Below, piece after piece: positions 18,800 through 28,365 of a stretch of DNA of 64,000 nucleotides. The stretch is from positions 992,001 to 1,056,000 of the forward strand of contig CBDCFN010000016.1 of NCBI GenBank assembly GCA_965216315.1. Reading direction: 5' to 3'. Position numbers and translations under genes: made by a program. The stretch comes from a bacterium (GTDB lineage: Bacteria > UBA10199 > 2-02-FULL-50-16 > JAJFLM01). How positions within the stretch are numbered: the first letter of the stretch is position 1; every line of letters starts with the position of its first letter. The notes beneath the pieces were generated by a model that worked only from the letters and a program-made list of their open reading frames with translations, did no database searches and was not told the origin of the DNA.

Positions 18800-20302
18800 G
18801 TGCGCACTATGAATTTCAAACTGAAGCTGCCGATGGGTTTACGCTGGGTCCTGGGAATTCCGTTGTTACTCGTTCTCGCGGGTTGTTTGAGCGGGGCCGG
18901 TGAATCGGCCCCTCCTTTGTCTATTCCTGCGCCGGTGACGGGACGCATTACGGTGAGTTCGCCGGATGATCAAGGGCAGATCGCGGTGATCGGCGAAGAC
19001 AATGCGGTTGATGCCAATGCTCTGGTATTGGCCATCAATACGTCCAATGCGGTAGCGCTATTAAACTTATTCGATAGACTGATTCCCAATGCCTATGCGC
19101 AAACTTTTCCCGAGCGGTGCACTTTCTTGGGGCATGCTTGTACCTTCGCTGATGCTAATGGGGCTTTTGAGATATTACTGCCGGGAGATGAGGATGACGA
19201 TATCGAAATCGTCGTTATCGATTCAATAAATGGCGATGATCTTGGAACGCGCATTGTTAAACGTGTTCCCGCGAATTTCATGCATTTTTTGGATATTCCC
19301 ATCGATATCACAGTCGATTCCCTCGGTGGTTTTCTTTACGTTCTCTTACGGGATCCTGCGGATACGGCGACGGGCAGCCGTATTGTCCGTGTTGACCTCA
19401 CGACGGGGGCACGTGAATCGAACGGCATTGACGGCGTGGACCCCCAGTGTTTGAAGTTTGATTCGGATATGAACGTTCTGACTGCTTTGGATCGGGGCGG
19501 ACAAATGGCCACCATTGCAGACCTGGGTGGGGGCGGTTTTTCTGCGGCTTCGACCGTGAATCTGCCGGCGCCTCCCGTCGATGCGGCTTTAGATACTAAC
19601 GGCTTTGAGCTGTGGGTGACGCTGAATGATACTACCGATGCGATTGCTATCCTCGACACCACGGCTCGAGTCGTATCGGATGTGATCGCGGCGCCGGTCT
19701 TGCCCGGATGGTCTCATCAAGGTTCCCTGGCCATCGATTCGCGTAATATATCGGGATCAGAAGTCATGGGTGTTGTCAGTGAATTTTCTCGCGATGCGGA
19801 TGGTGTCGTTCGATGGGGGGTCTCCTTTTATGATATGGCGACACGGAATCTTGTCAGTGGTCCGACGATCATCAGTGATTCCGGATTGATTACTGATATT
19901 GCCTTCTTTCAAGACGACCAATTCATGCTCCTTGATAATCCAGGGAGTGCCATTATGGGGCTTACGATCCCCGGGCTTGGGGTTTCTGAAGTATCCGACT
20001 TGCCACGCGTCACGGCGGATCCGGCTGGAATTATTAAAGAGCCGGTCCAGGCTGTCATCGTGCATGATCTTATGATGGCCTTTGTCTCGGCACGTAACGG
20101 TGATGAGACTCATCCGGATACGGTCATGAGTATCGATATGAATACTCTCAGCGTCGTGGATGTGACTCCGGTGGGTCTCCGGCCCTCGCGCATGCACTGG
20201 GATCCGAACGCGATGGAGCTCTTTGTCGTCAGTCGAATCAGTCGCAGTGTGACGAGACTCCCGGCAGCGATCCTCCAGCCGGGCAGCACGAATCTCTTCT
20301 AA
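18800..20302 (+). CDS. Lipoprotein with probable C-terminal beta-propeller (YncE-like)
   Basis: Lipobox LAGC; repeated beta-strand blades; AAGGAG SD. Confidence 0.75.
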   Translation: MRTMNFKLKLPMGLRWVLGIPLLLVLAGCLSGAGESAPPLSIPAPVTGRITVSSPDDQGQIAVIGEDNAVDANALVLAINTSNAVALLNLFDRLIPNAYAQTFPERCTFLGHACTFADANGAFEILLPGDEDDDIEIVVIDSINGDDLGTRIVKRVPANFMHFLDIPIDITVDSLGGFLYVLLRDPADTATGSRIVRVDLTTGARESNGIDGVDPQCLKFDSDMNVLTALDRGGQMATIADLGGGGFSAASTVNLPAPPVDAALDTNGFELWVTLNDTTDAIAILDTTARVVSDVIAAPVLPGWSHQGSLAIDSRNISGSEVMGVVSEFSRDADGVVRWGVSFYDMATRNLVSGPTIISDSGLITDIAFFQDDQFMLLDNPGSAIMGLTIPGLGVSEVSDLPRVTADPAGIIKEPVQAVIVHDLMMAFVSARNGDETHPDTVMSIDMNTLSVVDVTPVGLRPSRMHWDPNAMELFVVSRISRSVTRLPAAILQPGSTNLF

Positions 20303-20454
20303 ATATATTGGTTCGAAATATACATATTTATTTTGAACTTTCGGAGCAGGTTTTAGTGCGGTGGGTTAGCGCGCGAAACAAGGTCCTCGCTTAACTAGCT
20401 ATAAAATAAGAAAAAAATTTATTTTTTAGAGCTTGGGCGGATTCTGCCTCATGC

Positions 20455-20470
20455 TGGCACTGCACTTGCA
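20455..20470 (+). promoter_or_regulatory. sigma54 promoter
   Basis: TGGCAC-TGCAC-TTGCA. Confidence 0.8.
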
Positions 20471-20528
20471 GTATGTACAGGGTATGGCTGTTAACGTTAC
20501 ATATCATGCACAACAAAGGAGGCAAGTC

Positions 20529-20636
20529 ATGGCCACAGTATTCACGATGATGATGGGAGTTACGCTCACGGCACTGTTAGTGGATCTGCTTTCCAGTCTC
20601 GTTGGAACGTCCTTATTAGAGTTGGTGCTTGCTTAA
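20529..20636 (+). CDS. 35-aa hydrophobic small protein
   Basis: AAGGAGG SD before ATG; MATVFTMMMGVTLTALLVDLLSSLVGTSLLELVLA. Confidence 0.55.
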   Translation: MATVFTMMMGVTLTALLVDLLSSLVGTSLLELVLA

Positions 20637-20674
20637 TTGAGGTCATGATTCAGCGCCGTCCTTAAGGAGGACTC

Positions 20675-21700
20675 ATGTTTGAGCGAATAACAAAAATTGG
20701 TTTGGGTGTATTCGTTCCCATCATTTTAATGGGAACCGGGTGCCCACAACAGGGAATGGAGAGTCCTACGGCTGCCACCGACGGGGAACCGACAAGTCTT
20801 AATGACGACGGTTTCGGGGGTTACAATACTGAAGATGAAGCGACGGCCTTTGGTTTGGATGTAATGAATCAGTTTGCCTCTGATGAGGCAATCGATGACC
20901 CGACAATTGATGAAGCCGAAATAGATGAGATGAGCGCCAGTGGCGACTACGATGCCTACTGGATCCGTCTTGTCTGGGGCAACCTCAAGTTAAATACTCA
21001 TCGGGGTGATGATTATGATGGACCGGTTATTGATTGGACCGGCAGCCTTACCCTTGATGGGGAAGGGGCGCTTATTTTAAGGCGGCTCATTCGATTTGAT
21101 CCCCATGACAGTATCATTGATGAAGACGATCGTAAGTTGGTGTTATGGGAATCATTCACAGGCCCCCACATCGATGGCTTGCTTATTAAGGTGCTGGTTC
21201 CAACAGATCTGACTGATGCTGAATTGACTCTGTTGGCAGGTCCCTTCGAAGCGACAATCACATTCGCGGAACTTGATCAATATAACGAAATTACGATGAT
21301 TGATGATGACGGGAATGGAATGGCCATTGTCGGGCTGAAAGCAGAGGATGATGCTTGTCATGAAGGTTTTATGCAGGGCAAGTACCATTCCCGCACGGAT
21401 CATCCGGGTGGAATCTTTCGTGGCCGTACCGTCAATGAGGCGGGTGTACTGAACGGCTATTTAAGAGGGCATTACGGTATCAATGATCTCGGTGATCAGG
21501 TCTTCTTTGGTAAATACATTAGTGAGACAGGCCACTTTAAGGGGCGCATGCGTGGAACTTACGGTGCAGGCGCTTTTTCAGGAATTTGGGCTAATCTCGC
21601 CGGTACCACCGAAGGCCATCTTAATGGAAAATATGTCACTGGAACCGGCACCAATACCGGTTTCTTCCAAGGTCTCTGGCAGGAGGCCTGTGTCGAATAA
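20675..21700 (+). CDS. Acidic lipoprotein with Gly/aromatic-rich beta-strand C-terminus
   Basis: Signal peptide ending GTGC; AAGGAGG SD. Confidence 0.75.
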   Translation: MFERITKIGLGVFVPIILMGTGCPQQGMESPTAATDGEPTSLNDDGFGGYNTEDEATAFGLDVMNQFASDEAIDDPTIDEAEIDEMSASGDYDAYWIRLVWGNLKLNTHRGDDYDGPVIDWTGSLTLDGEGALILRRLIRFDPHDSIIDEDDRKLVLWESFTGPHIDGLLIKVLVPTDLTDAELTLLAGPFEATITFAELDQYNEITMIDDDGNGMAIVGLKAEDDACHEGFMQGKYHSRTDHPGGIFRGRTVNEAGVLNGYLRGHYGINDLGDQVFFGKYISETGHFKGRMRGTYGAGAFSGIWANLAGTTEGHLNGKYVTGTGTNTGFFQGLWQEACVE

Positions 21701-21718
21701 TTCATCTCAACGCTCTCC

Positions 21719-21748
21719 GTGGGGGACGGCTTAGCGGCCGTCCTCCAC
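21719..21748 (+). terminator. GC-rich intergenic hairpin (terminator or mRNA stabiliser)
   Basis: GTGGGGGACGGC-loop-GCCGTCCTCCAC; no T tail. Confidence 0.45.
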
Positions 21749-21799
21749 ACCCCTCTCTACTGTGAGGATTATAGGTATTAACATTCGAGGAGGAATGCC

Positions 21800-22474
21800 A
21801 TGGGAAAAATGAAAATTGTTTTGGCAATGGGAATGATGTTGCTTCTTTCCGCGTGTGGTGGAACTGCAGCCAATATTATAGCGGTGACGCTGCAGGCGAT
21901 TGCAGACACTAGTGTCCAGAGCGATGCTCCAGATACAAACTTTGATGACAGTGAGCTTGGGGTCCAAAATTATACCGATGAATTTTCTCGGAGCTACGTG
22001 CTTTTTGATGTCTCATCGATTCCAAATACGGCCACAGTGACCGAAGCTAAAGTTGAGCTTTTTTACTGTAGCTGTGACGGCATCGATGACATCGCTGTCT
22101 TGAGTGCGGCCGACGCCTGGAGTGCGGATACGCTGACCTGGAACAATCAACCGGGAGAGACGGGTTCAGCTCTAGACGTTGTGAATCTCAATCCGGATTT
22201 CCTCAGTGATGGTATGTGTGGCGACGTTGACGACTACGTTGCAACAGCTGGTGGCATGGCCTCGAAAGCGGGCTGGTTTATTACCGACTTAGTGCAAAGC
22301 TGGGTAGATGGCTCAGCTCCTAATGATGGCATTGTCTTTATGGCCGACCCTGAAGAGCAAAATCCAACCCCACCGGGAAAACTCCTCGCTATTTTCGGGA
22401 ATAGCGAAGATTCAGGGAATAACCCCTCCTGTTATAACAACCCGCCCCAATTAATCGTTGAATACGAAAATTAA
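21800..22474 (+). CDS. Lipoprotein with DNRLRE-like (disaggregatase-related) domain
   Basis: LSAC lipobox; ADTSV..PDTNF, RSYVLFDVSSIP, TWNNQP, ITDLVQSWVDG..NDG. Confidence 0.8.
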   Translation: MGKMKIVLAMGMMLLLSACGGTAANIIAVTLQAIADTSVQSDAPDTNFDDSELGVQNYTDEFSRSYVLFDVSSIPNTATVTEAKVELFYCSCDGIDDIAVLSAADAWSADTLTWNNQPGETGSALDVVNLNPDFLSDGMCGDVDDYVATAGGMASKAGWFITDLVQSWVDGSAPNDGIVFMADPEEQNPTPPGKLLAIFGNSEDSGNNPSCYNNPPQLIVEYEN

Positions 22475-22477
22475 GCA

Positions 22478-22505
22478 AAGAGGGCGGCCCTAGGGCCGCC
22501 CTCTT
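22478..22505. terminator. Perfect 28-bp palindrome between convergent genes
   Basis: AAGAGGGCGGCCCTAGGGCCGCCCTCTT. Confidence 0.7.
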
Positions 22506-22536
22506 CGCAGGATGTGGGCTTTTGGAGCATAGAACC

Positions 22537-23310
22537 TTATCGGTCGCGTCCACTGCCGCGCTTGAGCTCGTTCTCGATGTCCTCGATTTCATCATCGAGC
22601 TCACCATCGTAGCCGCCGTTTTCATCGTCTTGATCGGTGTCAGCATTGCTTACGAGCAATCCATCAGCATTCGACCATTCGTTGCTGAAGGGTGGGCGCG
22701 GGTCTTCGTCGTCATTATCTCCCGGAGCGATTTCATCGATTCCGTGGGGGTCATCGAACGGTTCGGCGGTAGTCGGGTCTTCAACGCCGCGTGTCGTAAT
22801 CGTCGTTTCACAGGCGACAATCTCGCCGGCGGAATTTTTAATACGGCCCCTGATCGTCTTGACTTCTTCCGTCATGCTGGCTGTGGCCGGGATTATTTTC
22901 GTCGTTGATGCGGGTGTAAAAGCGGTTATTTCTAGGTTTCCATGAAAAGTCAGTAAGCCGGCAACGCCTTCTTCATCGACGCCTTCGGCGGTAAAGGTAA
23001 TCTCATAGGTGCTGCCGATGATCACGACTTCAGCGGATACCGTGACGGTACAGGCCAAAGGTGGTAACGGCTCGGGTTCTTCTGGCATTGTCTCTGCCGT
23101 TTCGCTTTCCTCCACTGCTTCGGTGGGTTCAGGCGTCTCTTCGACCGCTTCAGGGATAACAAAGTCAGGATCATTAACGGCGGGGGCATCGATGATGGTG
23201 GGGTTGAAATTCTGATCCGACACTTCACTAAGTGCTGAGTTGCATCCCGTCAGCGCCATAATGGCGAGACCGAGCAGGCTAAAAAAAGTCAGTGTTTTGG
23301 TATAAGTCAT
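22537..23310 (-). CDS. Acidic, Pro/Glu-rich lipoprotein
   Basis: LTGC lipobox; GGAG SD; low-complexity acidic linkers. Confidence 0.75.
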   Translation of the reverse strand: MTYTKTLTFFSLLGLAIMALTGCNSALSEVSDQNFNPTIIDAPAVNDPDFVIPEAVEETPEPTEAVEESETAETMPEEPEPLPPLACTVTVSAEVVIIGSTYEITFTAEGVDEEGVAGLLTFHGNLEITAFTPASTTKIIPATASMTEEVKTIRGRIKNSAGEIVACETTITTRGVEDPTTAEPFDDPHGIDEIAPGDNDDEDPRPPFSNEWSNADGLLVSNADTDQDDENGGYDGELDDEIEDIENELKRGSGRDR

Positions 23311-23361
23311 GTTCTTCTCCAATCCTCACGAGCAAATAGGGTTAGCAATACCCCTACACAT

Positions 23362-23377
23362 TGCAGCCGGCGTGCCA
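23362..23377 (-). promoter_or_regulatory. sigma54 promoter
   Basis: Minus strand TGGCAC-GCCGG-CTGCA. Confidence 0.65.
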
Positions 23378-23512
23378 GGTGGGCCTTGATTTAGAAAATC
23401 TTCTTAACTGTCAGGAATTAAAGGGGAAATTTCTATTAAGCTAAATGGGGCTGATCTCAGGATTGCATGAGAGCGTGCCGTCGAGGCCCCCAAATGGCTC
23501 GAAACGATACAA

Positions 23513-26500
23513 TTATTCTTCACGCGCGACCTTGAGGCGGACCTTGTGTTTGAGGGTGATCAACCAATGCTCCGCAACAAAGTAGATGCACGGCATGGCA
23601 TAGAGGGTAAAGAACATCGCGATAGCGAGGCCCCAGTTCATGGCGAGGGCCATGGGACGGATGAAAGGGTCACTGCCGCCGATTCCGTAGGCGGCGGGGA
23701 CGACACCGAGAAAGGTAGTGAGGGTCGTTAAAAAGATCGGGCGCAGCCGCATTCCCGCACCTTGGGCGATCGCCTCTTTAAGATGCATTCCCTCATCACG
23801 ACTTCTATTGACGAAGATAAATAAGAGAATGCCGGTATCGACGACGATTCCACTCAAGCCGACAATGCCAAGCATGGACATGAAGGTGAAGGGTTCATTG
23901 AGGATCGTGAAGCCAAGGACCACACCGACAAAGCCAAAGGGGATTGCCAGCATCACAACTAAGGTTTGTGAGACGGACTGAAAAGTGATCAATAGGATAA
24001 TAAAAATTAAAATCGCAGCGGCAACAAAGGCCCTCAGGAGGCTTTGTAACGATTCTTGCGTATCCTCGGCTTCACCGCCGAAAGCAATCGAGTAGCCGGG
24101 ATGTTCTTTTTCGACTCCGGTTAAGCGTTTTTCTAAGGCACGGTTGAGCTTCAATGAGGTCGTGACATTTTCATCTATATTAGCGGTGACAGTGACGACT
24201 CTCTTGCTATCAAAATGGCGGATCAGACTCACGCCGGGTGCTTCCCGAAGTGTGGCGACTCTATTTAGCGGGACAAGGTTTTGGGCATTATTTAAGATAA
24301 GCAACGACTCGAGTGCCTTGCGATCATAGCGCATTTTTTCGGGGAGTCGCACAACAACATCAATTTCCTCATCGGCTTTGCGGATCAGGGTCGCAGTCAT
24401 CCCTTCGAAGGCTTGGCGCACAGTGAGAGCAATGTCATTGAAGGTAAGCCCCGCGCGTAAGGCGGCAAGTTCATCGACATCGATCATTAATTCACCTTTG
24501 CCGGGCTCGTAATCGTCTTTGATGTCGTAAACACCATCCATCGTATGGAGCTCTTTTTTGAATTGGTCGGCGATTTTGTTGAGAACCGTGAAGTCTTCAC
24601 CACGGATACGTACCGCGACGGGTTTGCCGACGGGTGGTCCCGGCCGGACAGGATCCAGACGGACTTCTTTGAAGCCCTCAACCTTTTTGATGTCGGGCCG
24701 CATGGATAACATGATCTCATCGGCTTCACGATCGCGTCGGGATTCAGGGCTCAAGTAGACTTGAATCTGGGCCAAATGAGAACCACGGGATGTAAATGGG
24801 TCGTTCGGGTCGTTCTGAGTCAGGCCTATTTGAGTGACGTAGTTGTCGAGCTCAATGTCGGGGAGCTTTTCGACTAAAGCTTCAATCGGTTGCATGAGTT
24901 GTTCCGTTCTTTCGAGCGAGGTGCCGATTTGTCCCTCGGCCCGAATAAAAAAGGCCTCGATTCCCCGTGAAGGAAATAAAATAAATCTCATGCCCAAGAC
25001 AGCCCATAGTATTGCAATAGTCGTAATTGCCAATGCGACTAGAGAACTTTTATATGGGTGAGAGAGGCAAAAACGTAAGGACTGAATGTATTTGCCTCTG
25101 ACTTTATCAAAGAAGTGGTGTGAGCGTCGCTTGACGTAGACAGAATTCTTTCCCTCGCGCATGGGCCGATTTAGGTCCGAGATATGTGAGGGGAGTATAA
25201 TTAAAGCTTCTATCAGCGATGCGGCTAAGGTGATCATGACGACCTTGGGGATGTCGCCGACAAACTTGCCGAAAATTCCTGTCATGAACATCAGCGGCAA
25301 AAAGGCGATAATCGTCGTTAATACAACCGATATAACCGCTTTGGATACTTCGGCGGCACCGCGAATCGCTGCTTTAGCATGAGACATTCCCTCTTCGAGA
25401 TAGCGGGCGATATTCTCCGCCACGACGAGGTCTTCATCAACCAGCATACCGAGGACCATAATAAGACCAAACATTGAAATCAGGTTGATGCTGATGCCAA
25501 AAAATTTCATGGCGGCGATGGCCGTCAATAGCGCAACCGGCATTCCAATCGCAGCTCCGATAGCGACACGAGTTGATAGGAAGAGAATAATAGGAATCAT
25601 GACGAGGATGAGTCCTATCCAGCCATTGGATAAGAGGACATTCAGACGCCGTTTGATGTAATAAGAGATATCGTTGACGTAGGCGATTTGAAGTTTATCC
25701 GTATTACGGCTTTTGAAGTCCTCGATGTGAGTTTGTAAGCGCTTCATTAGACGAATGGCATCGGCTTTGTCTTTCTTGATAATGAGTAAATTGATGGCAG
25801 CGCTTCCATCGGTTCGTTGAATAATTTTAAGCTCTTCAAAACTGTCCCTGACTTCGGCAATATCCGCAATACGAACCCAATTGCCTTCATCGTTAGCGCG
25901 GACGATGACATTATTGACATCGTCAGCCGTTTCAAGTTCGCCGGTTGTACGCAATATCAGTTCTTTGCTTTGGCTTTTTAGGAGTCCACCCGGGACATTC
26001 ACGTTGCGTGCGGCCAAGGCCTGCATGACTTGAGGTAAGGCAATCTCAAATCTCGCCATTTTAACCGGATCGACTTCAACCCAAACCTGTAAATCGCGCA
26101 TGCCTTTGCGAGCAACGCTTGCGACGCCGCTAAGATCAAGGATTTCCGTTTCGAGGTTAACGGCGAGTTGGCGCAGTTCGGTTTCAGTAAGCTCTCCCGA
26201 CAGGGAAACCTCTACAATCGGGGTGTTGCGAACTTGGGCTTCACGAACACGCGGTTCATCACGCAAATCTTCGGGCAGGTCTTGGGCTTCCTCGACGGCG
26301 CGCTGAATGTCATTGACGACGCGGTCATTGTCAGGTGCGTCGGGATCAATCTTCAGGATAATCAATGACAGGCCCTCCACGGAAACCGAGCCCATCTCAT
26401 CGATATCATCCACTTCGCGAAGTTCTTTTTCGAGTGGGATCGTGATGCGTTTTTCGATGACGTCGGGGGAGGCTCCAGGATAATCGGTGCGCACGGTAAC

Positions 26501-26632
26501 AATGTCGAATGAGAAGTTGGGGAAGGCTTCGCGCTCAAGACCCATTAATGATAAGAGTCCGGCCAAGACGAGAAATACGGAAATCGAGTTAACAACAAGC
26601 GAATTCTTTACAGAATATTCTGAGAGACTCAT
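23513..26632 (-). CDS. RND efflux permease (AcrB family)
   Basis: 1039 aa; YPGASP, LGMLVDEDLVVAENI, RLRPIFLTTLTT; two TM clusters. Confidence 0.95.
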   Translation of the reverse strand: MSLSEYSVKNSLVVNSISVFLVLAGLLSLMGLEREAFPNFSFDIVTVRTDYPGASPDVIEKRITIPLEKELREVDDIDEMGSVSVEGLSLIILKIDPDAPDNDRVVNDIQRAVEEAQDLPEDLRDEPRVREAQVRNTPIVEVSLSGELTETELRQLAVNLETEILDLSGVASVARKGMRDLQVWVEVDPVKMARFEIALPQVMQALAARNVNVPGGLLKSQSKELILRTTGELETADDVNNVIVRANDEGNWVRIADIAEVRDSFEELKIIQRTDGSAAINLLIIKKDKADAIRLMKRLQTHIEDFKSRNTDKLQIAYVNDISYYIKRRLNVLLSNGWIGLILVMIPIILFLSTRVAIGAAIGMPVALLTAIAAMKFFGISINLISMFGLIMVLGMLVDEDLVVAENIARYLEEGMSHAKAAIRGAAEVSKAVISVVLTTIIAFLPLMFMTGIFGKFVGDIPKVVMITLAASLIEALIILPSHISDLNRPMREGKNSVYVKRRSHHFFDKVRGKYIQSLRFCLSHPYKSSLVALAITTIAILWAVLGMRFILFPSRGIEAFFIRAEGQIGTSLERTEQLMQPIEALVEKLPDIELDNYVTQIGLTQNDPNDPFTSRGSHLAQIQVYLSPESRRDREADEIMLSMRPDIKKVEGFKEVRLDPVRPGPPVGKPVAVRIRGEDFTVLNKIADQFKKELHTMDGVYDIKDDYEPGKGELMIDVDELAALRAGLTFNDIALTVRQAFEGMTATLIRKADEEIDVVVRLPEKMRYDRKALESLLILNNAQNLVPLNRVATLREAPGVSLIRHFDSKRVVTVTANIDENVTTSLKLNRALEKRLTGVEKEHPGYSIAFGGEAEDTQESLQSLLRAFVAAAILIFIILLITFQSVSQTLVVMLAIPFGFVGVVLGFTILNEPFTFMSMLGIVGLSGIVVDTGILLFIFVNRSRDEGMHLKEAIAQGAGMRLRPIFLTTLTTFLGVVPAAYGIGGSDPFIRPMALAMNWGLAIAMFFTLYAMPCIYFVAEHWLITLKHKVRLKVAREE

Positions 26633-26636
26633 CGGG

Positions 26637-28082
26637 CTAACGGACTAACGTATTCTGGGCCAGTCGTAGCCCCAGAACGGCCATTCGATAGTTAAATAAT
26701 GAATTGATCGTAACCCTTTGAGCGGTGAGATAATCTTCTTGGTAACGGATGACAATATCGCTGCTGGATCGTCCGGTGCGATATTTTTTAAGTTCTTCCT
26801 GCCATTTTTCATATTGAAGGTGCTGAATGCGCCGGTTCGTTCGTACCGTCTTGATTGAAGTTTGGAGGGCGCGCCACTGTTCTTCAACATCCTGCGTAAT
26901 TTTGTTTTCAGCGTCTTTTAGCTCATACAAGGCTTTTACTTTTTCTACTTCGGCGCGGTTTTTGCCGCTACGTGCAGCGCGATTCTCGAGCGGGAGTCTG
27001 AATTGGCCTCCAATAAAAAAACGCGGATGATCCGCGCTAAAAGCTTCAGACGAGGAGCCACTATAGTTTGAGTTGACTCCATTGAGTTCGAGTGAGGCGA
27101 TCAAATCCAGTTGCGGCCATTTAGCGTTTTTAGCCAAAGAAAGGCCGATTTTTCTGGCTTCTAAATTGCGTTTCGCAGCGAAATATTCGGGTCGCGACTC
27201 CAAGGCCGTTGTCAGGGCCAAATTGAGATCGGGAAGATGTTTAGAAAAGGGCATTTTCTCAGACGATTCAATTCGAACGGATTCTTTGAGGTTTAAACCG
27301 CGTCGAAAGCGACCAACAGCGTCATCGCGGCCGCGCTTGGCGGTTCGTAGCTGATTCAAGATTTGTAGACTGTTTGCCTTGGCCGCCAAGACATCGGTTG
27401 ACTCATGCAGGCCAAATTGCTCCTTTTGTTTCGAAATGTCTTCAAACTTTTTTGCCTGGCTATAGGATTGAGATGTGACCCTGACATTAGAGCGGTTGCG
27501 AATCCAATCCCAATAATTCTGCAGCACATTGAACACGGCTTCACTGATGCGACGTTGAGAGTTTGCATCTTGGGCTTCGTAATTTTTGCGTGCCAGGTTG
27601 ACCTGGCCTCGGTCCTGCATGCCCACAAAATTTTTCATTAAAGGTTGTTGGACCGAAAGGGCGACGACCGAGTCATAGTTGGGGTTGAAAGTTGCAAATG
27701 GTGAATCGGTCGTGTTGCGTTCATTGCGCCATTCCACTGAGGTTTGTGTCCCCGAAGGCAGCTTTTTGGAGACGCCTAAGTCCCATCGAGTGGTGCGGTT
27801 GTCCGTTCCAAAGATGGTCGAGGTTTGATCCCTTTGATCGATGAGGTGATTGACCTCAAAACTGGCGACCGTATCAAAGACCGATTTGGCCTCCATGATG
27901 CGGGTTTTGCTAATCGCTGCATCCGATTCAGCAATTTTAACCCCTAGATTTTGATCGAGGGCCAGCGCGAGCGCCTTGGCTTCGGTCATATTCAGGGTCT
28001 CCGCTGAAAGGGGAGTCACCGGGGTTCCGAGCACGGCGAGTAAGAGGGCGATTCGACAAATTTTGAGCGACCACGATGACAT
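26637..28082 (-). CDS. TolC-family outer membrane protein
   Basis: Signal peptide; ALALALDQN, ALESRPE, KWPQLDL, LPLEN; helical repeats; directly upstream of the RND gene. Confidence 0.88.
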   Translation of the reverse strand: MSSWSLKICRIALLLAVLGTPVTPLSAETLNMTEAKALALALDQNLGVKIAESDAAISKTRIMEAKSVFDTVASFEVNHLIDQRDQTSTIFGTDNRTTRWDLGVSKKLPSGTQTSVEWRNERNTTDSPFATFNPNYDSVVALSVQQPLMKNFVGMQDRGQVNLARKNYEAQDANSQRRISEAVFNVLQNYWDWIRNRSNVRVTSQSYSQAKKFEDISKQKEQFGLHESTDVLAAKANSLQILNQLRTAKRGRDDAVGRFRRGLNLKESVRIESSEKMPFSKHLPDLNLALTTALESRPEYFAAKRNLEARKIGLSLAKNAKWPQLDLIASLELNGVNSNYSGSSSEAFSADHPRFFIGGQFRLPLENRAARSGKNRAEVEKVKALYELKDAENKITQDVEEQWRALQTSIKTVRTNRRIQHLQYEKWQEELKKYRTGRSSSDIVIRYQEDYLTAQRVTINSLFNYRMAVLGLRLAQNTLVR

Positions 28083-28188
28083 CTGACCTCCCTTTATTAC
28101 TGGATCAGCGGGGAAAATACAATGAAATCAGTTGAGTGGCTCTCAACGAGCAACTGGGCGGACTCTCCAGACCGATAAGCTTATTGCG

Positions 28189-28317
28189 ATGAGTGAAACT
28201 GATTTGAGTCCGAGCGATCTTTCCCGCCTTTTAAACGAACTGGAAACCCGTTTACTGAAGATCAAGGCCGAGCTCTCCCTGTTAGGGGCAGATGCTAAAC
28301 ACAATATAAATCAATAA
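28189..28317 (+). CDS. Putative 42-aa coiled-coil small protein
   Basis: MSETDLSPSDLSRLLNELETRLLKIKAELSLLG; follows GCAAC-N16-ACCGATAA at 28150-28178. Confidence 0.4.
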   Translation: MSETDLSPSDLSRLLNELETRLLKIKAELSLLGADAKHNINQ

Positions 28318-28365
28318 GTTACTCCTTTATGATTACGTACTTGTAGAAGCTGAGCCGAGTCGTCT

